A stretch of DNA of 64,000 nucleotides. Source: Azolla caroliniana. Lineage: Eukaryota > Plantae > Polypodiophyta. This document shows positions 12,801-27,100 of this stretch, piece by piece. The translations under genes were made by a program, and so were the position numbers. Positions within the stretch are counted from its first letter, which is position 1, and each line of letters begins with the position of its first letter. The notes under the pieces were generated by a model, which had not been told where the DNA came from, searched no databases, and was given only the letters and a program-made list of their open reading frames with translations. The stretch lies in the NCBI GenBank assembly GCA_043228905.1, contig JBHGNT010000015.1, positions 8,494,001 to 8,558,000 on the forward strand. The letters run 5' to 3'.

Positions 12801-14677
12801 TGCATTTGAGATGAGGGACCTGGGGGACCTTCACTATTTCCTTGGGATCAAGGTGATCCAAACCCCCGACGGCATATTGCTCTCACAAAGACACTATGTG
12901 TTGAATATGTTATACAAGTTCGGCATGACGAAATGCCGCCCTATTTCTACACCCTTGGACCGGAAACAGAAGCTCTGTCCCAACTCCGGCCCGGCCTGCG
13001 ATGAGAAACGGTTCCGACAAATTGTCGGAAGCCTTATATATTTGACCATCACCCGGCCCGACATCAGCTATCCAGTCGGTGTGATTAGTCAATTCATGTA
13101 GAAACCGACCATCGAGCATCTTCAGTGCGCGCACCGAATACTGCGGTATGTGAGCGGCACGAAGGACCGGGGACTGTTATACCGGCGAGGTATGACCGAA
13201 GAGCTAGTCGGCTACACGGATGCAGACTTTGCCGGCGATGCATTAGATCGTCGTTCCACGTCCGGCTATATGTTTTCCCTTGGTAGCGCGGCTATTGCGT
13301 GGAGCAGCAAAAAGCAGCCAACAGTGGCTCTATCGAGCACTAAGGCTGAATACCGGGGCGCTACCGTTGCCACCTGTGAAGCCATTTGGCTTTAGTGGAT
13401 CGAGATGCCGACCCTAATCCTGATCTACTGCGACAACATAAGCAGCATGCAACTCGCCAAGAACCCCGTATTCCATGCTCGCACAAAGCACATCGAAGTG
13501 GACTACCACTTCGTGCGTGAGCGTGTCCTGAGCGATGAAGTTGAACTTCAGTATGTTCATACGGATCGACAAGTTGCAACACTTCACTGAAATGCTTGGT
13601 GTTCAGCATCTCAACATGCCACACTTGAGGGGGAGAATAGGCAAAGACACCACCGGAATGGGCAAAGGCAAAGAGACTGCCGATTGCGCCGGTGGGGGAA
13701 GAACCGACAAGGGAGAGACAAGAAGAAGAAAGGAGCCGAGTCGACAAAGGAAGTTGACACATCCGAACAAGTCGGAACAAGCGACAGCAAAGGCAGAGTC
13801 AAGAAGGACAGAGCCGACTAGAAGAAGAAGGCCAAGACCCGGACATGATCCGATGTGGTGAAGGGCCTGGAACCAGAAGACAAATCGGGAGCAACCGATT
13901 CGGACAAGAGCCGGAAAGAATCAGAGACAGCTGATTCGGTTCTACAGAAGGATTCGGAAGAACCGGATCAATTCAAGGACAAGAGGACAAGAAGGCAGCA
14001 AAAGTCGATGCCAACACGAAGGGATCGGCGAATCGGCAAAAGCCAAAGTCACAACAACGAGGGAGTTGAATTGGGTCTGTTGAGCAGACAAGCCAACCAA
14101 GGAAGTCGAGGTGCGTAGGAACAGAAGGGTCGCGGCAAACCGGACCGGACCGGACGAGGAGCGCAAGTGAGGCGGAGTGACACCAGAAGGAGCCAGGTGG
14201 AAGGATCGTTTGCCATAAAGACTGATACTACGATCCGACCTCAAATTGAGCTTGAGGGGGGGTGTTGAGTGGCAAGGTCAACCGGATCCGGATCGGTTGA
14301 ATAAGCCTGAGCCGGATTGGCATCCAGAAGGGTGAGCCGAAGAGCAAGTGAGCCGGTGAGCTGGGGAGCTGATTAGCTGGATCAAGCAGTAACCGGAAGC
14401 CAAGTAGCAGCTAGTCTACTAGGGAGTTAATATCTTGTCGTTAGTGTCAGACGCTCGTGTGAGCATTGAAGTACACCGTACTTCTGTCAATCCAAATGGA
14501 CTTGTATAAAAGTGTTCACTGAACACATACGATGTACAAACTGAGTAGTATTTTTTGAATTGAGTTTCTGTGTGCTCTATCTCTGTCTCTGTCTCTCCCG
14601 CGTACTGTTAAGCTCTCCATTAAACCTGTTTTCTGCTTTCTGTTTTCTATTGCTTCCGCATGCTATTTGTTTCTACA
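9806..14677 (+). mobile_element. Ty1/Copia LTR retrotransposon, defective (integrase core deleted)
   Basis: LTRs 9806-10180 and 14263-14677, TSD ATCCT, PBS TGGTATCAGAGC at 10181, PPT TTGAGGGGGGG. Motifs: gag EKLDRSNY, protease WYVDSGASNHMT, GAG-pre-integrase LWHKRIGH..CEAC, RT LYVDD, RNase H YTDADF/TKHIEVDYH. Many stops. Confidence 0.96.
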
Positions 14678-14682
14678 ATCCT

Positions 14683-15328
14683 CAAGATGACTTCCATCGT
14701 AAATTGCTGCCTACTCCAAGTCCACGCGCAGGCCCAACAGACCGCCACCAACCAACAGGAGGCCTCTACAAGGAATGCGGTCTTGGCCACCGAACTGAGG
14801 AATGCCCACCATATCAACGCATGCCAAGCCGCCCCCCATGACCTCCTAAAGAAAGAACTGCTTGCTGAACGAAACCGACACCACGAACTCGCTAACAAGT
14901 TCCACCAAGCCCAGACAAAGTGGCACCACAACCGAGAACCCACAGCACAAACACACGCTAAACTCTCTGCCGAGTATGTACATCTTACCACACAACACCA
15001 ACAGACAGAAACCTAACTCGCAGCTATGACTGCTAACCTCTCCGCACAGTTTGAGTCTCTGGCCAACACCATAGCTAAACTCACAAGCGAGATCGCAACA
15101 CTCCAAGCTGAACATGATGCTATGGTCCAACAAGTGGAGATCGCCAACGAACGGAATCGATGCCTGCTCATCAAACATTGCTGCCAGTGCGCCGAACTCG
15201 AGAAGGACATCACCCAACTCTGCACAACCAAAGCCGCCCTCAAGCACGCCCTCAGCCCTGGCACGACCGGCGCCTCCACCGTTCATACACACCTCTCTAG
15301 TCCGCCCAACACTCCGAATATGACTTAG
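14683..15328 (+). pseudogene. Coiled-coil accessory ORF of the C-rich element (one internal stop)
   Basis: ORFs 14660-15016 and 15026-15328 are in the same frame, separated by one TAA. Heptad-like Leu/Ala/Glu/Gln pattern. The N-terminus continues left of the Copia insertion into Pro/Thr-rich 9545-9805. Confidence 0.5.
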
Positions 15329-17053
15329 GCGCTCTCAGTGTATGTGACCTCGACATCTCTCCTCTCCGAACTCTTCACCACACCACGTACACCGCGTAAC
15401 CTTCTATCCCAGGGCACGTGTGTACTTCGTCCGTTGGCCGCTACACGTCGTGTGTTCTTCAACGAGACCCCCCCCACTCCCCCCGCCCCGATTGGCAAAC
15501 GTTCATCCACGTACTTCCGGAAGACAACCACGCCCTCACCCTCTTTATGTTGTACCCGGAAGACACCGATGAACCCTCACCACCGGTAGGTGACCTCTTC
15601 CCCCAACACCTCCTTGTTTTGTTCCTCGAAGGCATGGCCTATCTCTATACTGCCATCACCCCAGATTGGACATAACCAACCTGGTATGTTTTGCCTACCC
15701 TTTCAATGTCACGATGCAAGTCAATGAAGACCAGTTGGCCTAGCTCTTCACCACGCTAGTGCACTTACACCGAATCGCCAACACCCTCACCCGTACCCTA
15801 GTGGAGAGCGCTACTGCCTATGTGCCCCTCTTCGGGTTCCTTTGGTTAATCTACGCTTGGCAAACCGCCTGGGACGTCGGGTTTCATACCTACATCTTCA
15901 GCATCGAATGTGTAGCATTCAACTGGCCCACCGATCTCGAGGCTGATGACATCCAGAAGTTAGCCCTCTACCTCGACGTCACTCGGGAGTATCAACTTAT
16001 GACTTTTGACGAGGCTCGTGCTCGCGCACTCCTACCCCCACACACCACCCACCCCCCGCCCAAGATCAACCCAGAGTGGGACCCCGACTCACTCGATGAT
16101 TCCGAAAACCAACCACCCCCAAGCCGTAACCCTACCTCATCCCCACCACCACCAAGTTGACATCTTTCTTCACCCACGCGTTTACCGAGATAAGATGTCT
16201 ACTTGGGCGGCCGCAAACCCCATCTCAACTCGAGGATGGCGCCACCCGGTGGTCGACCCCTCATTGAACCACCTGGCATTCAACCCCCGTGGCACCTCCC
16301 CTGGTTCACGCACATGTCCTTCCAGGAATGGTTTGCCCTACACCCTCCAGAGATGCGCGCCAATCCCTCCTTTTTTCCCCTCCCACGTCGTTGGCCATGG
16401 CACGAACTTCAAGTAGCCCACACACGACAACCCACCCTCCAGTTCAATTGGCCCGTATTTCCACGACCCCCTCGCACATCTCCAACAGAAGCTAGAATGA
16501 TCCGGATCATGTGACGTTTCTTCCGTACATACCTTGACTTCCTTGACCCCGACATTCAAGCCAATCTTTGTTTTTTGTAGCTACTGCTCATCCTCCTCAA
16601 CTCTGGCCCTTATGAAACTTGCACATTCAAGAAACACGACCACCCAGCGTGGGGTCTTGCCTTTGATTTGAATAAAGGCCCCACACGTCATCAATTGGTC
16701 GGCCCCTGGGCCCATGTCAACGTGCTCCATGCCATCTACAAACAGGATTTTGAAACCATGATCGACACACATTTTTTCCCCTCTTACATAAGTTTTGATA
16801 GAAACCCCCCCTCTCCCTTCGCCGGCTACAACACCTCCACGTGGATAGCCGGCCCCAAGAAGGACTTTTTCACTACGACTGATCAAATGCAACAAATCTA
16901 GTTACCGCCACTCAACATATGTCGTCTTCGCCACCATCCTCGCCACCGACCACCCCTCGACGAACCTCCCTACTCTATCCTTCTCGCCCCCGAAACCCGA
17001 AGCTCTCGTCCCGCAGTGCACCCGGGGGTGTGCACTCATTAGGTTGGGGGGGA

Positions 17054-17633
17054 TGTTAAGCGCTCGGATCACACCACGACCGGTAATGAAGAAGAGTGCA
17101 TCGACAATGACGTAGTATGGCTAAAGGACCTACAAAGAGGGAATGGCAAGAGGAAAGAGGACTAAGGGACATCAAGGTGTGAAAGGTCCACACCCTAATT
17201 GTAAATGCCATATAAACCACATAGTGGTGGCTTTGTAACGGTTCTCCCATTTGTAAAGATATCCCTAGTGATTAAGAGCTAGAGCTTCCTCTCCTCCTTC
17301 TTGTAACCTTTAAGGTTAAGAGAGATTAGTGAAGTGTTTAGTTAGAGAACACTAATCTCTATTCCTTGTTGGTGCTAGACCTCTTAGCAAAGAGGGTTAA
17401 TAAACATAACCGTTATTCTTGTTGTCTATATTCATTAACCTATTGTCTATGAGAACGAGCTTGAGAGAGTGAGAGAGATAGCGTGCTAATAATCTATTAA
17501 TCGTTAAGTGAGTGTGAGACTCAGAGGTGTCCGACAACCATCTCCGCCCGATTCACTATCAAAAGGGTATATGCCGGTCCGAACTCTACGAACGACATTG
17601 AGGAGTTAACTCCATCGATACATAGATCTTACA
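17054..17633 (+). repeat. 3' LTR of the C-rich element
   Basis: Follows the PPT; termini TGTTAAG...CTTACA; TATA-like CCATATAAAC near 17210; abuts a Copia integrase fragment. Confidence 0.75.
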
Positions 17634-18390
17634 TAGAAACACAGAGGAAGATAAAGTGTCTACGGTCGAATGGCAGAAAAGAATACTTTCCTGGCCAATT
17701 CAACTATTATTTGCAGCAGATGCGAATTGGGAGAGAATTCAGTTGTAGATATACGCCGAATCAAAATGGCATAGCCGAGCGGAAGAACCGACCACTTATG
17801 TAAGTGGCACAGGCATTGCTAGAGGAGAGGAGCATGTCCAAATTCTACTGGACCAAAGCGGTCCGAACCGTGGTCTACATCCAAAACCATATTGGGGAGA
17901 AGGTGTCAGCACACGAGTTGTATTTCGAGCGGAAGCCGAACTTACAACACTTAAGGGTATTCAGGAGTATTGCCTATGTACAGGTGCTCGACAAGAAGCA
18001 AAGGAAGTTAGACCCGAAGTCAGAGAAATGCATATTGGTCGACTACTCACATGAGAAAAAGTGTGATAACCCCTAAACGAAAGAAGTTCAAGTAAGTCGA
18101 GATGTCGCATTCAACGAGTCGACATCATGGTACTCTTTACCGACTCTGCCTCTCGACAACTCCGACCACCCGATCACTGAGGATGAGACTAGTGAACCAA
18201 ACATGATTAGGGACAAAGAAGAAGAATAATATTTTGGCACTCTGGAGGAGAGTCCAACCTCATTCCGGTTGAATGGGCTGAATGAGAGACTGAGTCGGAT
18301 CGACCAGTTGGATGAAGAGCCGGCGAGTGGTAAGGATTCGACCATGCATTCCCTACGCAAGGAACCGAGGAGACAGTTCACATATAAAGA
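17634..18390 (+). pseudogene. Copia integrase-core fragment
   Basis: KIKCLRSNGRKEY..YTPNQNGIAERKNR..KLDPKSEKCILVDYS..SRDVAFNES. Its 3' end matches 11821-11905 of the neighbouring Copia. Confidence 0.9.
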
Positions 18391-20918
18391 GTTCATTATT
18401 TACTATAAGGTAAAACTTTTTTTTAGATAAAAAAGTTAACGAAATTGCAAAATTCGCATTACTTTCTTAGTATCCATATGTTCGTTTTCTTCTCATGAGA
18501 GGTTTATGCATGTGTGTATGTGTAATGTTAATAACTTAATTCTATATGTAAATGTATGTATGTGGCTATTATTAACCCTATTTCATGTGTCTTCCATGCA
18601 CAAGAGATCTTGTTTTTCACCACCAACAATATCCACTCAACTCCTATTAATGCCAAAGCTCAAGTTGTGTTCGAATTGGTTAGCCCAATAAGATTTTCGA
18701 TTCTTTGGAACAACAATGTAGGCGGGTTCTCTCCAATCAAACCGTGCATCATGCGATGTTACTACAAGGATATAGAGTGAAGTTGTAGCCACACGAAAGA
18801 GCCAATGCAATGGCCTCACGAGCGGAACAGATGGAGCTGAAAGACAAGAGTTAGCCTTTATCCAACAATGGTCGTTCTCTCCCTTTCTTGAGTCAATGGG
18901 CCTCCACATAAGATGGTGCTATCACGTCCCTACTAGGATTTGAATATATTCTCATCTATAAAAAAATTATAACTAATGGAAGAAGTGCTTTTTTGGAAAA
19001 AGTAAATTTAAAAATCAATTCTATATGTAACATGTATGTGTATGTACATGTCTATATGCCATGTGCATTGTAAATTGTAATCTCTGTGCATGCTTGTCAC
19101 TTGTGGTATATCTACATTTCTATGTGTGTTTCATGTATGTGTGTAATACCCAATTTCAAAATTCATTTATGTCTATATTAACCCTATTTCATTTATGTGT
19201 ATTAAGTTTTAACCCTATTTCTATTTATTGTCATTTTTGTGCGTATGGTTCATAACTTTATAATTTTTATACTACATACTATGCCCTAAAGTTTAAATCC
19301 TATTCTTAACTCTAAACATACTTGGATGGGAGAGGAGAGGAGCTTCGTGTTGCGCTAATATGCAAAAATATGGTAAGAGAAGATGTGCACTTTGTAGAAT
19401 GTTTGCCCCTTTGTAAGCAAAAAAAAAGTAAACAAGCAAAAATATATGGTATGAAAACAAATGTTTGAACAGACAAATGCATATCTTATGTACTAAGCAT
19501 CAATTTATGATTATTTTCTTCTATAATCCTTGCCATTTCTTGTTTCAAAGCTTGAGATTGCATATTTTCATGTGCTTCTTTCCCTAGAACTACCCCAATA
19601 TGCTCATGTTGTTTTGCTAGTTCAACCACAAGTGATTCAAGAAACGTCAAAAGCACAGATTTCCACAAAAAGCTCAACCAAGTTCTCTTCTACATCTTCT
19701 CTTACCATTGATACATCAATGGATCAAGAGTAAAAGCTCAACTCAATATTCACACTAGTGGCACGCATTTGAAAATGGCTACCATTTATTGATCCATTCA
19801 TTTTAGCTTCTTTGCATCTTTGAGGTCAGTCTTAAGTTGCCCAATGGTAGATTCCATATCTAAAACTTGTAGACCCAACTCTCTTGAGCTTGTTGGCATT
19901 CCTAAGCTCAGAATAGAGATAGTCCACTTCCAAACCTTGCTATGCTATCTTCAGATCAATTTAACACTTGAATAGTTGGAAAATTGCCCATACACTAAAC
20001 CCATTCATTTAGAATGAATGTAGTGAAAACATTGCTTTAATTATCACCAATGACAAGACTGATGTGGTTCATAAACCTACCCACCATGCCAATGAAATTA
20101 TCAACATTACGGTGAGTGCTAACCAACATCCAACAAAACTATCAAGAGAAGTTTGTGCACCAATAGAACAATTCATTACTGGGGTAGAAGTTCTATGGAC
20201 ATTTAGAGGCTCCTCGTGCCCTTCTATCCTGGAGAAGATCCATTACTAGTTTCAATACATTTGCCAAATAAGAGGGTTTCTAAGACCACACAAGTAATTT
20301 GATGATATTAAGAAGATGTGACACTTTTTGAGGATGTATGGTCAATAGTAAATAATAATTTAAATACGAGATAGCGAATAAGCAAATTATACTCAACCCT
20401 AAATGCTAACACAAATAAACCTTGATTCCTTAACCTTATTTCCTAAGCACCATTGAGTAAGAACAAATCAACATTAATCATATCCAACCATATTCTGAAA
20501 ATTTTACATACTATATTAAGCAACTAGTAAAGAAAATGGAACAATATAAAATTTTGATTGAAAATTTCCAAGAATAAGCTCCCCATTTGTAGCATATTTG
20601 TTCACTTAATGTTGTTTGAATTTCCTTGTTTGCTTCCTTTGTGATGTAGCTAATTGTATTGAAACAATCAACATTGGGTATCAACTACATTAATTTACAA
20701 AGACTAATTGATAAATCAATCTGGTTTCATACCATCATCTAAATCAATGTTATCAAAATGACGTTAAATATTGATTTATTGATAAATTATTGTTGACTAA
20801 CCTGCTAAGCAAATTTACATCCCATCATTAACATCATCTTGTATCACATCTAAGAATGGGAATCTTAGGAGAGGTTCTTAGAATTTAGAGCATATAAGCT
20901 TCACATGCATTTGCAATC

Positions 20919-21154
20919 TCAACGGTCAATAGATACATCCTTTCCTAGTTTTTGGGTTCGAGAAGCAAATGAGCTTGATGTGATTAGGCATTCTATTATA
21001 CCAGAACACTCGGCCGGAGGTAATTCGACATCCATCTTCGTGGAAATGACTGCATGTGGAGATCGTACATTTCCTCGTGTTTGGCATGCGACCATGGTCT
21101 TACAATGTTCGGCCTCATCTTCACGGATGTTTACAAACACATCATACAAGTTGT
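20919..21154 (-). CDS. PTOX: PTOX exon 9
   Basis: [34 protein letters not shown]...IDR-stop; second ExxH motif. Confidence 0.95.
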
Positions 21155-24100
21155 CTGGATAATCATATGAAATTTATATAGTTTAGGGGGATTTTACCAT
21201 CGAAGTGTGTAAGGTCAAAAGAGAAGAGATCAAGGTCAAATTACCAACTTTTGGCCTTCGCGACTCGGGGACACGATTTGTCTGGAATTCGTCTGGCAAA
21301 AGAAAAGGGGAAGGAATAATCTTTTTTAAGCACTTAAGCTCTCTTCTTGTATGTGGTTGATCATAAATAAGAAGTGGTGAATAACACGCATATATTATCA
21401 ATTAATGGCCTGGTAGAATAGGAAAATAAGAAACTCACCAAACATATAGAGATCACCCTCGGTATAATATTTTACGGCAACCTCAGGGGCAGGGAGTTTT
21501 ATGAGTTCATCTAGAAAAAAACCACGAACTGGTTTATAAGATAAAAAAATTGCCAAAAAGGATGCATGCTTATAAATGAGCTCTGAATTATAACATTCAT
21601 ATTGATATTTATACAGTTAAACCCACCACCATGTTTCTTGATAAATTTATCATATGTACAAAAAGCATGCCTTTCCACACATTCGGAGAGATGATCTGTA
21701 AAGCAGACGCAACATCTGTAAGAATCTCATATACTTCTCTCTTTCAACATAAGCCTATTTACTAGCCTTAGTATATGATATAATAAAGATATGTAAACCG
21801 ATAGCATCAGAGATGATCTTACTAACATGCCATCCTCGGACTGACCATATACATTGATGCTGTTAGGAAAAAGTATGCAACGGCGATGTGTTGAGCAAGG
21901 AACCGATCAAACCATCTCTCATCTCCTCCCAAAGCCTGGAGTAATAATTTTGATAAAAACTTACAATGTGTTCCTTTAAGAGAAAATTCAATCTACACAA
22001 CATAAATAGATATTTGGGATAACAGAACCTCCATAATGAGTAGATGATGAAGCTCATTCCAACTTTCTGCGAAATGGACTTTCAAGTAATCAGCCCGACG
22101 CCACCACCCAAAACTCTCGTACATATGCAATACTGATAAGAAAGCTAATAATAAACAGGTAAAAAGTATAAATGTTTTGTGCCACTCTACAAAGATAGCT
22201 CCCTTCAAATAAAAAGAAAATTCTCATTTACAAAAGAAACATCTGTATGCAAGTGTTTGTAATGAATGTTGTTACCAAAATATGGTACTCTTGCAATGGT
22301 CTCCAAGACATAAAATCGTGAGTAGTGCTGATCCGCATATAAAGCATCGAGGAAAAGAATGACAGTATCCTACATATAAACCACAAACTCCATATAAATA
22401 TCCTCATCCCAAATTTATGTCTTTTAAAAAGAGCTTATATTAACTGTAAAACAAATCCACTCAGAACGAGCACCACCGTTGCCTGGCATTTTCAGATGTT
22501 AAGAACCTTGAAATAATTATTTTAGGGCCATCATCAAACATAGAAAATCAAAACCCAAATATATGAGCCTTACGTACATATATTTAGCTTTTAGTGTTGC
22601 AACTACAACCATAATATCAAACTTGAAAACATTGGCTCTTCTCCCAAATACACCATAAGCTGATGTTGGAGTCTTTGGAGGGTGGCCGCTCCTGAACTGC
22701 ACTTTCTTTCATCTTTATTATCTCTCCTCTACATTCTCTCTACAGTGAAAGCCAATGTCACTAAGGAAATGCAAACATGGGCAGACATGGCCAAAGATGC
22801 CAAAGCTCAGGCTGAGCACGCCCAAAACGAATTTAAAGCAAATGCTCCTTGGATAGAGGTAGTGAAAAAGCAAAAAGGAACATCCATGGATAGGACGGCA
22901 ATGATGATTGCTACATTAGAAGAAGAAGCCAAGAGGAAAGCTCGTGCGTTGCATATACGAGTGGTTGGTTGGGCCGAAAAAGGAAGTCCACAAGAAGATG
23001 CCAAGAATCTCGGAACAAAGATTGGAGCATCAGATATTCCTTTTGCTTCGGCGTGGGGGGTGGGAAGAGATGACTCTAGAGCTAAAGCACTTATCATCCA
23101 CTTCATGGATATTGACAAGAAAAAAGCTTTCTGCTCTAAAAGAAAGGCACTCAAGGGTGAAAAAATATACTTAGATGACGATCTCACTCCGGCCCAAGTG
23201 GCACACCGCAAAGAAAACATGCCACGACTGCTTGATGCAAGAAAGGAAGGAGAATGGGTCGTATATAGAGATGGCAAGGTTATTATTACAACGAAGAGAA
23301 CCCCATGACAATATATAGCCTATGAGACCCTACGCATGACCATATGGAATTGCAACTGCTCTCTACGGACAGATGTCGGATATTTTGAAGATACATTGAA
23401 AAACACAGATATTGCTATGTATACAAAGACTCACCAATGCATGGCTAGCAAACTCCCCGAGGTACAAGGATATAGATGGGAGTCAATATGTCGCCCCCAA
23501 CCTCGGACACCAGGAAGTACTAGAGGTTCAGGAGGAGTGGTTGCGCTATACAAAAACGAGTTCCATAATAGAGTGCATGTTGTCCATAAGGATGTAGATG
23601 CACTCTACATGTGGATACGAATCAAAAGAGGGGATCTCAGGGAGTTATATATTGCAATTTGCTACTTTCCACTTAAAGGTTTGCACCTCTAGGTGAATCA
23701 CCATATCTACCTCTATATGATGATATCATCAGATTTGCTGCTATGGGGGACATTATACTATTAGGAGATTTTAATGCACGAACCAAGGATGAACAAACAA
23801 CTATGTTTAACACCAACGAGGCTGTTTATAGAGAAGTTATGGCAGAAGAGGTTGGTCTAAAGCGACAAGCTCAAGATATGAGTGCTATAACTGAATATGG
23901 AAAACACTTTCTAGCCTTGGGAAGTGCGCATGGATTTGTGATATATAATGGCTTGTCACAATGGCCTGGATCAGATGCTTTGACATGTTGGAACCCAAAA
24001 AGAGGTGCAAGCACAGTCAATTATCTAATGGGATCTCTATCTCTTATACCTGAAATAAAAGAGTTCACTATATCGGGTAGACCTATTGGCATGGCAGCAA

Positions 24101-27100
24101 ATCATGCATATCTACGCTTCGAGGTAAAGGATGGATGCACATAGGATGTATATGCTAAGGAGAGTGGGCTGGCTAAGTATCTATTTACTCGCGAGACAAT
24201 TGATGTGTATAGTTGTGGTGTATACAATGGCATGCTAGATTTAGATCCTTTCGCACCCCTTGAAGAACTTACCCAAGGACTATCAAAATCATTGCATAAA
24301 GCAGCCACGAATGCCTTTCCTCACACAATGGCCAACCCCCCCCAAACTTGGTAGAGTAATACAAATTAGTTGGTATGATGAGGAATGTCGTGCCCAAGGA
24401 GATGCTTGCAGCTTGATGTAACTCGGGGCATTTATACACACAACCAAGCAAAAGCAACCTTTCAACGTCTCGTAAGGAAGAAGAAGAGATTTTATTTGGC
24501 TAAATTTGAAGATCATTTGTATCGCTTGTTCCTAGGACAAGAGAGTAAAACAGCATGGAAAATGTTTAATGAGAGGCAACCTACCACACAACTGACCTCA
24601 CCTCAGGTGTAGCATGAATATGCAAAGGTTCTATATGATATCTTGGGGCAACCTCCTCTTCCCCACCTAGATGGCTCATGCCCACATGAATCAACCCTTT
24701 TTACTCCACAAAATGTAAGAAATGCCATTGATCGGCTACAATTTGGGAAGGCCCAAGATCGTGATGGATTGGTGGGTGAGCACTTTATCTATGCGCATGA
24801 CACCTTGCTCCCATTGCTAGCACACATCTTTAATAGAGACATGTGTGAAGGTTTCCCTACTAGATGGTCTCAGCATACCATTGTGCTAATCGTTAAGAGT
24901 GGAGACCCAATGATGCCAAGCAACTATAGGACAATCATGATTGGCCATTACTTGGCTAAACCATATGGCTCGATTCTAGAATCAGAATTGAGTATATGGG
25001 CAGAGCGGGATGGCTGCCATTCAGTTAGACAGGCAGGCTTTCGGAAGGGGTTCACAAGTTTGGATCACATATTGACCCTCCGGGCCCTTATTGAGGAGGA
25101 TAGAGCCCATAATAAGAGGATTTATTGCTGGTTGGTGGATTTCCGAAAAGCCTTTGACACTGTGCCACGTGCTCGGCTTATGCAACGGCTAGAAGCCCTT
25201 GCTGTTCCTACATATATGCAATGGGGAATCTATGCACTCTATGAATTTGTGTCAGCAAAAGTTCGGTCTCCCAAGGGCCTGTCAAAGGCAGTGGCTAGCA
25301 CAATTGGAGTGAAGCAAGGATGCCCACTATCCCCTACTCTCTTCGGTCTTTATATAGATGAGGTATCACATTAAATAGAGAGATTCGGGGGTTCCGGAGC
25401 ACGCCTAGCAAGTATAGCTATACAAATATTACTATATGCTGATGACATTGTGCTGATTTCTGACTCTCCGAAGGGACTACAAAGACATCTAAATGCCTTA
25501 AAACTATTTTGTACGGACAAAGGTTTGTCAATCAACATGGACAAAACTAAAGTGATGGTGTTTAACACCACTCAAGCATGGGTAACAAGATCAGAACCAA
25601 AATTCCTCTTGGGAGAAGAAAAGGTGGAATACACACGCTCCTACACATACCTATAAGTAACATTTACAGGACCTAGGTTCTCCTTACAGGAGGTTGCTTG
25701 TGCCCAACTTTCTCGTGGATATGCAGCCCTTGGTGCTCTCAAGAGACAATGTGCACATTTGCAATTCCAAGAGCCAGGAACTAAGTTGTGGTTATTTGAT
25801 ACACTTGTCACACCAACTCTTCTCTATGGAGTAGAAACATGGGGACCGAGTCTTAACAAGGCAAATCATTAGAAAAATTTAGAGAGACCTTTAGTGTCAA
25901 TAATTTCTTGCATAATAAGGAGCAAAGCATCGGTGCCCCATGATATAATCCGGGCAGAGATGGGAGCAGCACCTATAATCACCGAGGCACTGTTCCGATC
26001 AGTGACATTTATCCAACATCTTTGGGAGCTCCCTAAACGAAGGTACCCAGGGTTGGCACTTAGGTATGCTGAAATGCAGCAATGGTTCGAGTCACATGGC
26101 ATGAGTATAAATGCACTACTGCCGTTCCAATATAGCTTGGCCTGTCCCCATCTAAATATGACCAAAGTGGAAAAGAACAAAGTGATCCGAACTGATATTA
26201 TTAACTTGGAAAGCAAGATAACACGGATCAGTCCCAAAATACCACTTGGTACAAAGATGGCCCACTATAAGACACACTTCTTACATACATCGGAAGATGG
26301 ATTCATTATCAAGCCACCTTACATGGACATAGATCTATCCTATGCGCTGCGTAGTGTGATAGGCCAGCTGCGAACTTCATCACATCAGCTATAGATTGAG
26401 GTAGGCAGATAGATATACACGACTACTTCTAGAAGAGAGAATTTGCCAATTGTGTCATCAAGGAGTGGAATCTAAAGAACACTATGTTTGTCATTGTAGT
26501 GTCTTTTATGAAATCAGAGAGAGACACCATTGCCTCTTTAAACAAGGCTTTGGCCCACTACGCAATGTAATGGAATATGAGGACCATCGATGCCTAGGAC
26601 TTTTCTTGCTAGAGTTCAAGAGACATCGGGAAAAGTTGTTGAAGAATACAACCACACAAGCTCATCCACAAAGAACAATCACAACCTTCTTTAGCCCCAT
26701 CACTCCTAATGCTACAAGTCCATCATGGGATACAAAAATGGGCCCCAGACCAGGACATAACAAAGGGGTTACAATTGATCGAGCAATATCAATTTTCCGT
26801 GCACGTAGGCCCGGCCCTACCCCCATGAACCACGACCTCGACACCCTTGTCATCAACAGATAAAAGCCATTAACTTCCGCCATCGTAGGTGCCTCCCTCT
26901 CTTCAGAGACATTTACATTCTAGATCGACCTATGCTAGAGATCTTTTGAAGACAAAAGCTACAATATATCTAACTTGAGAATCTCACATGTGCCAAAAAC
27001 CAGATTCCCTCATTTCTTCTCTTTTCATCTTATTTACTTTTATATTTACTATGTAATATTTATTTTATTTTGATTTGTTCTCAAAGACAAGAAAACACTC

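Larger units (their letters stand above)
1..17633 (+). mobile_element. 3' portion of a large C-rich LTR retroelement (probably non-chromovirus Ty3/Gypsy), fragmented by four nested insertions
   Basis: Host pieces 1-1140, 2216-2240, 6951-7590, 9372-9805 and 14683-17053 share a strong C/A-rich strand bias, and three of the four breaks rejoin across TSDs. Ends with PPT AGGTTGGGGGGGA and an LTR. No gag/pol motif recognised, so the superfamily is inferred. Confidence 0.55.

Noticed and set aside
18391-20900. Short ORFs in the AT-rich region downstream of PTOX
   Set aside because: No recognisable motif, termini or splice pattern. Possibly very old TE debris; left unannotated.
20919-22369. Mitochondrial alternative oxidase (AOX) call
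   Set aside because: The exon-8 peptide, the [10 protein letters not shown] motif and the 9-exon structure are PTOX-specific.
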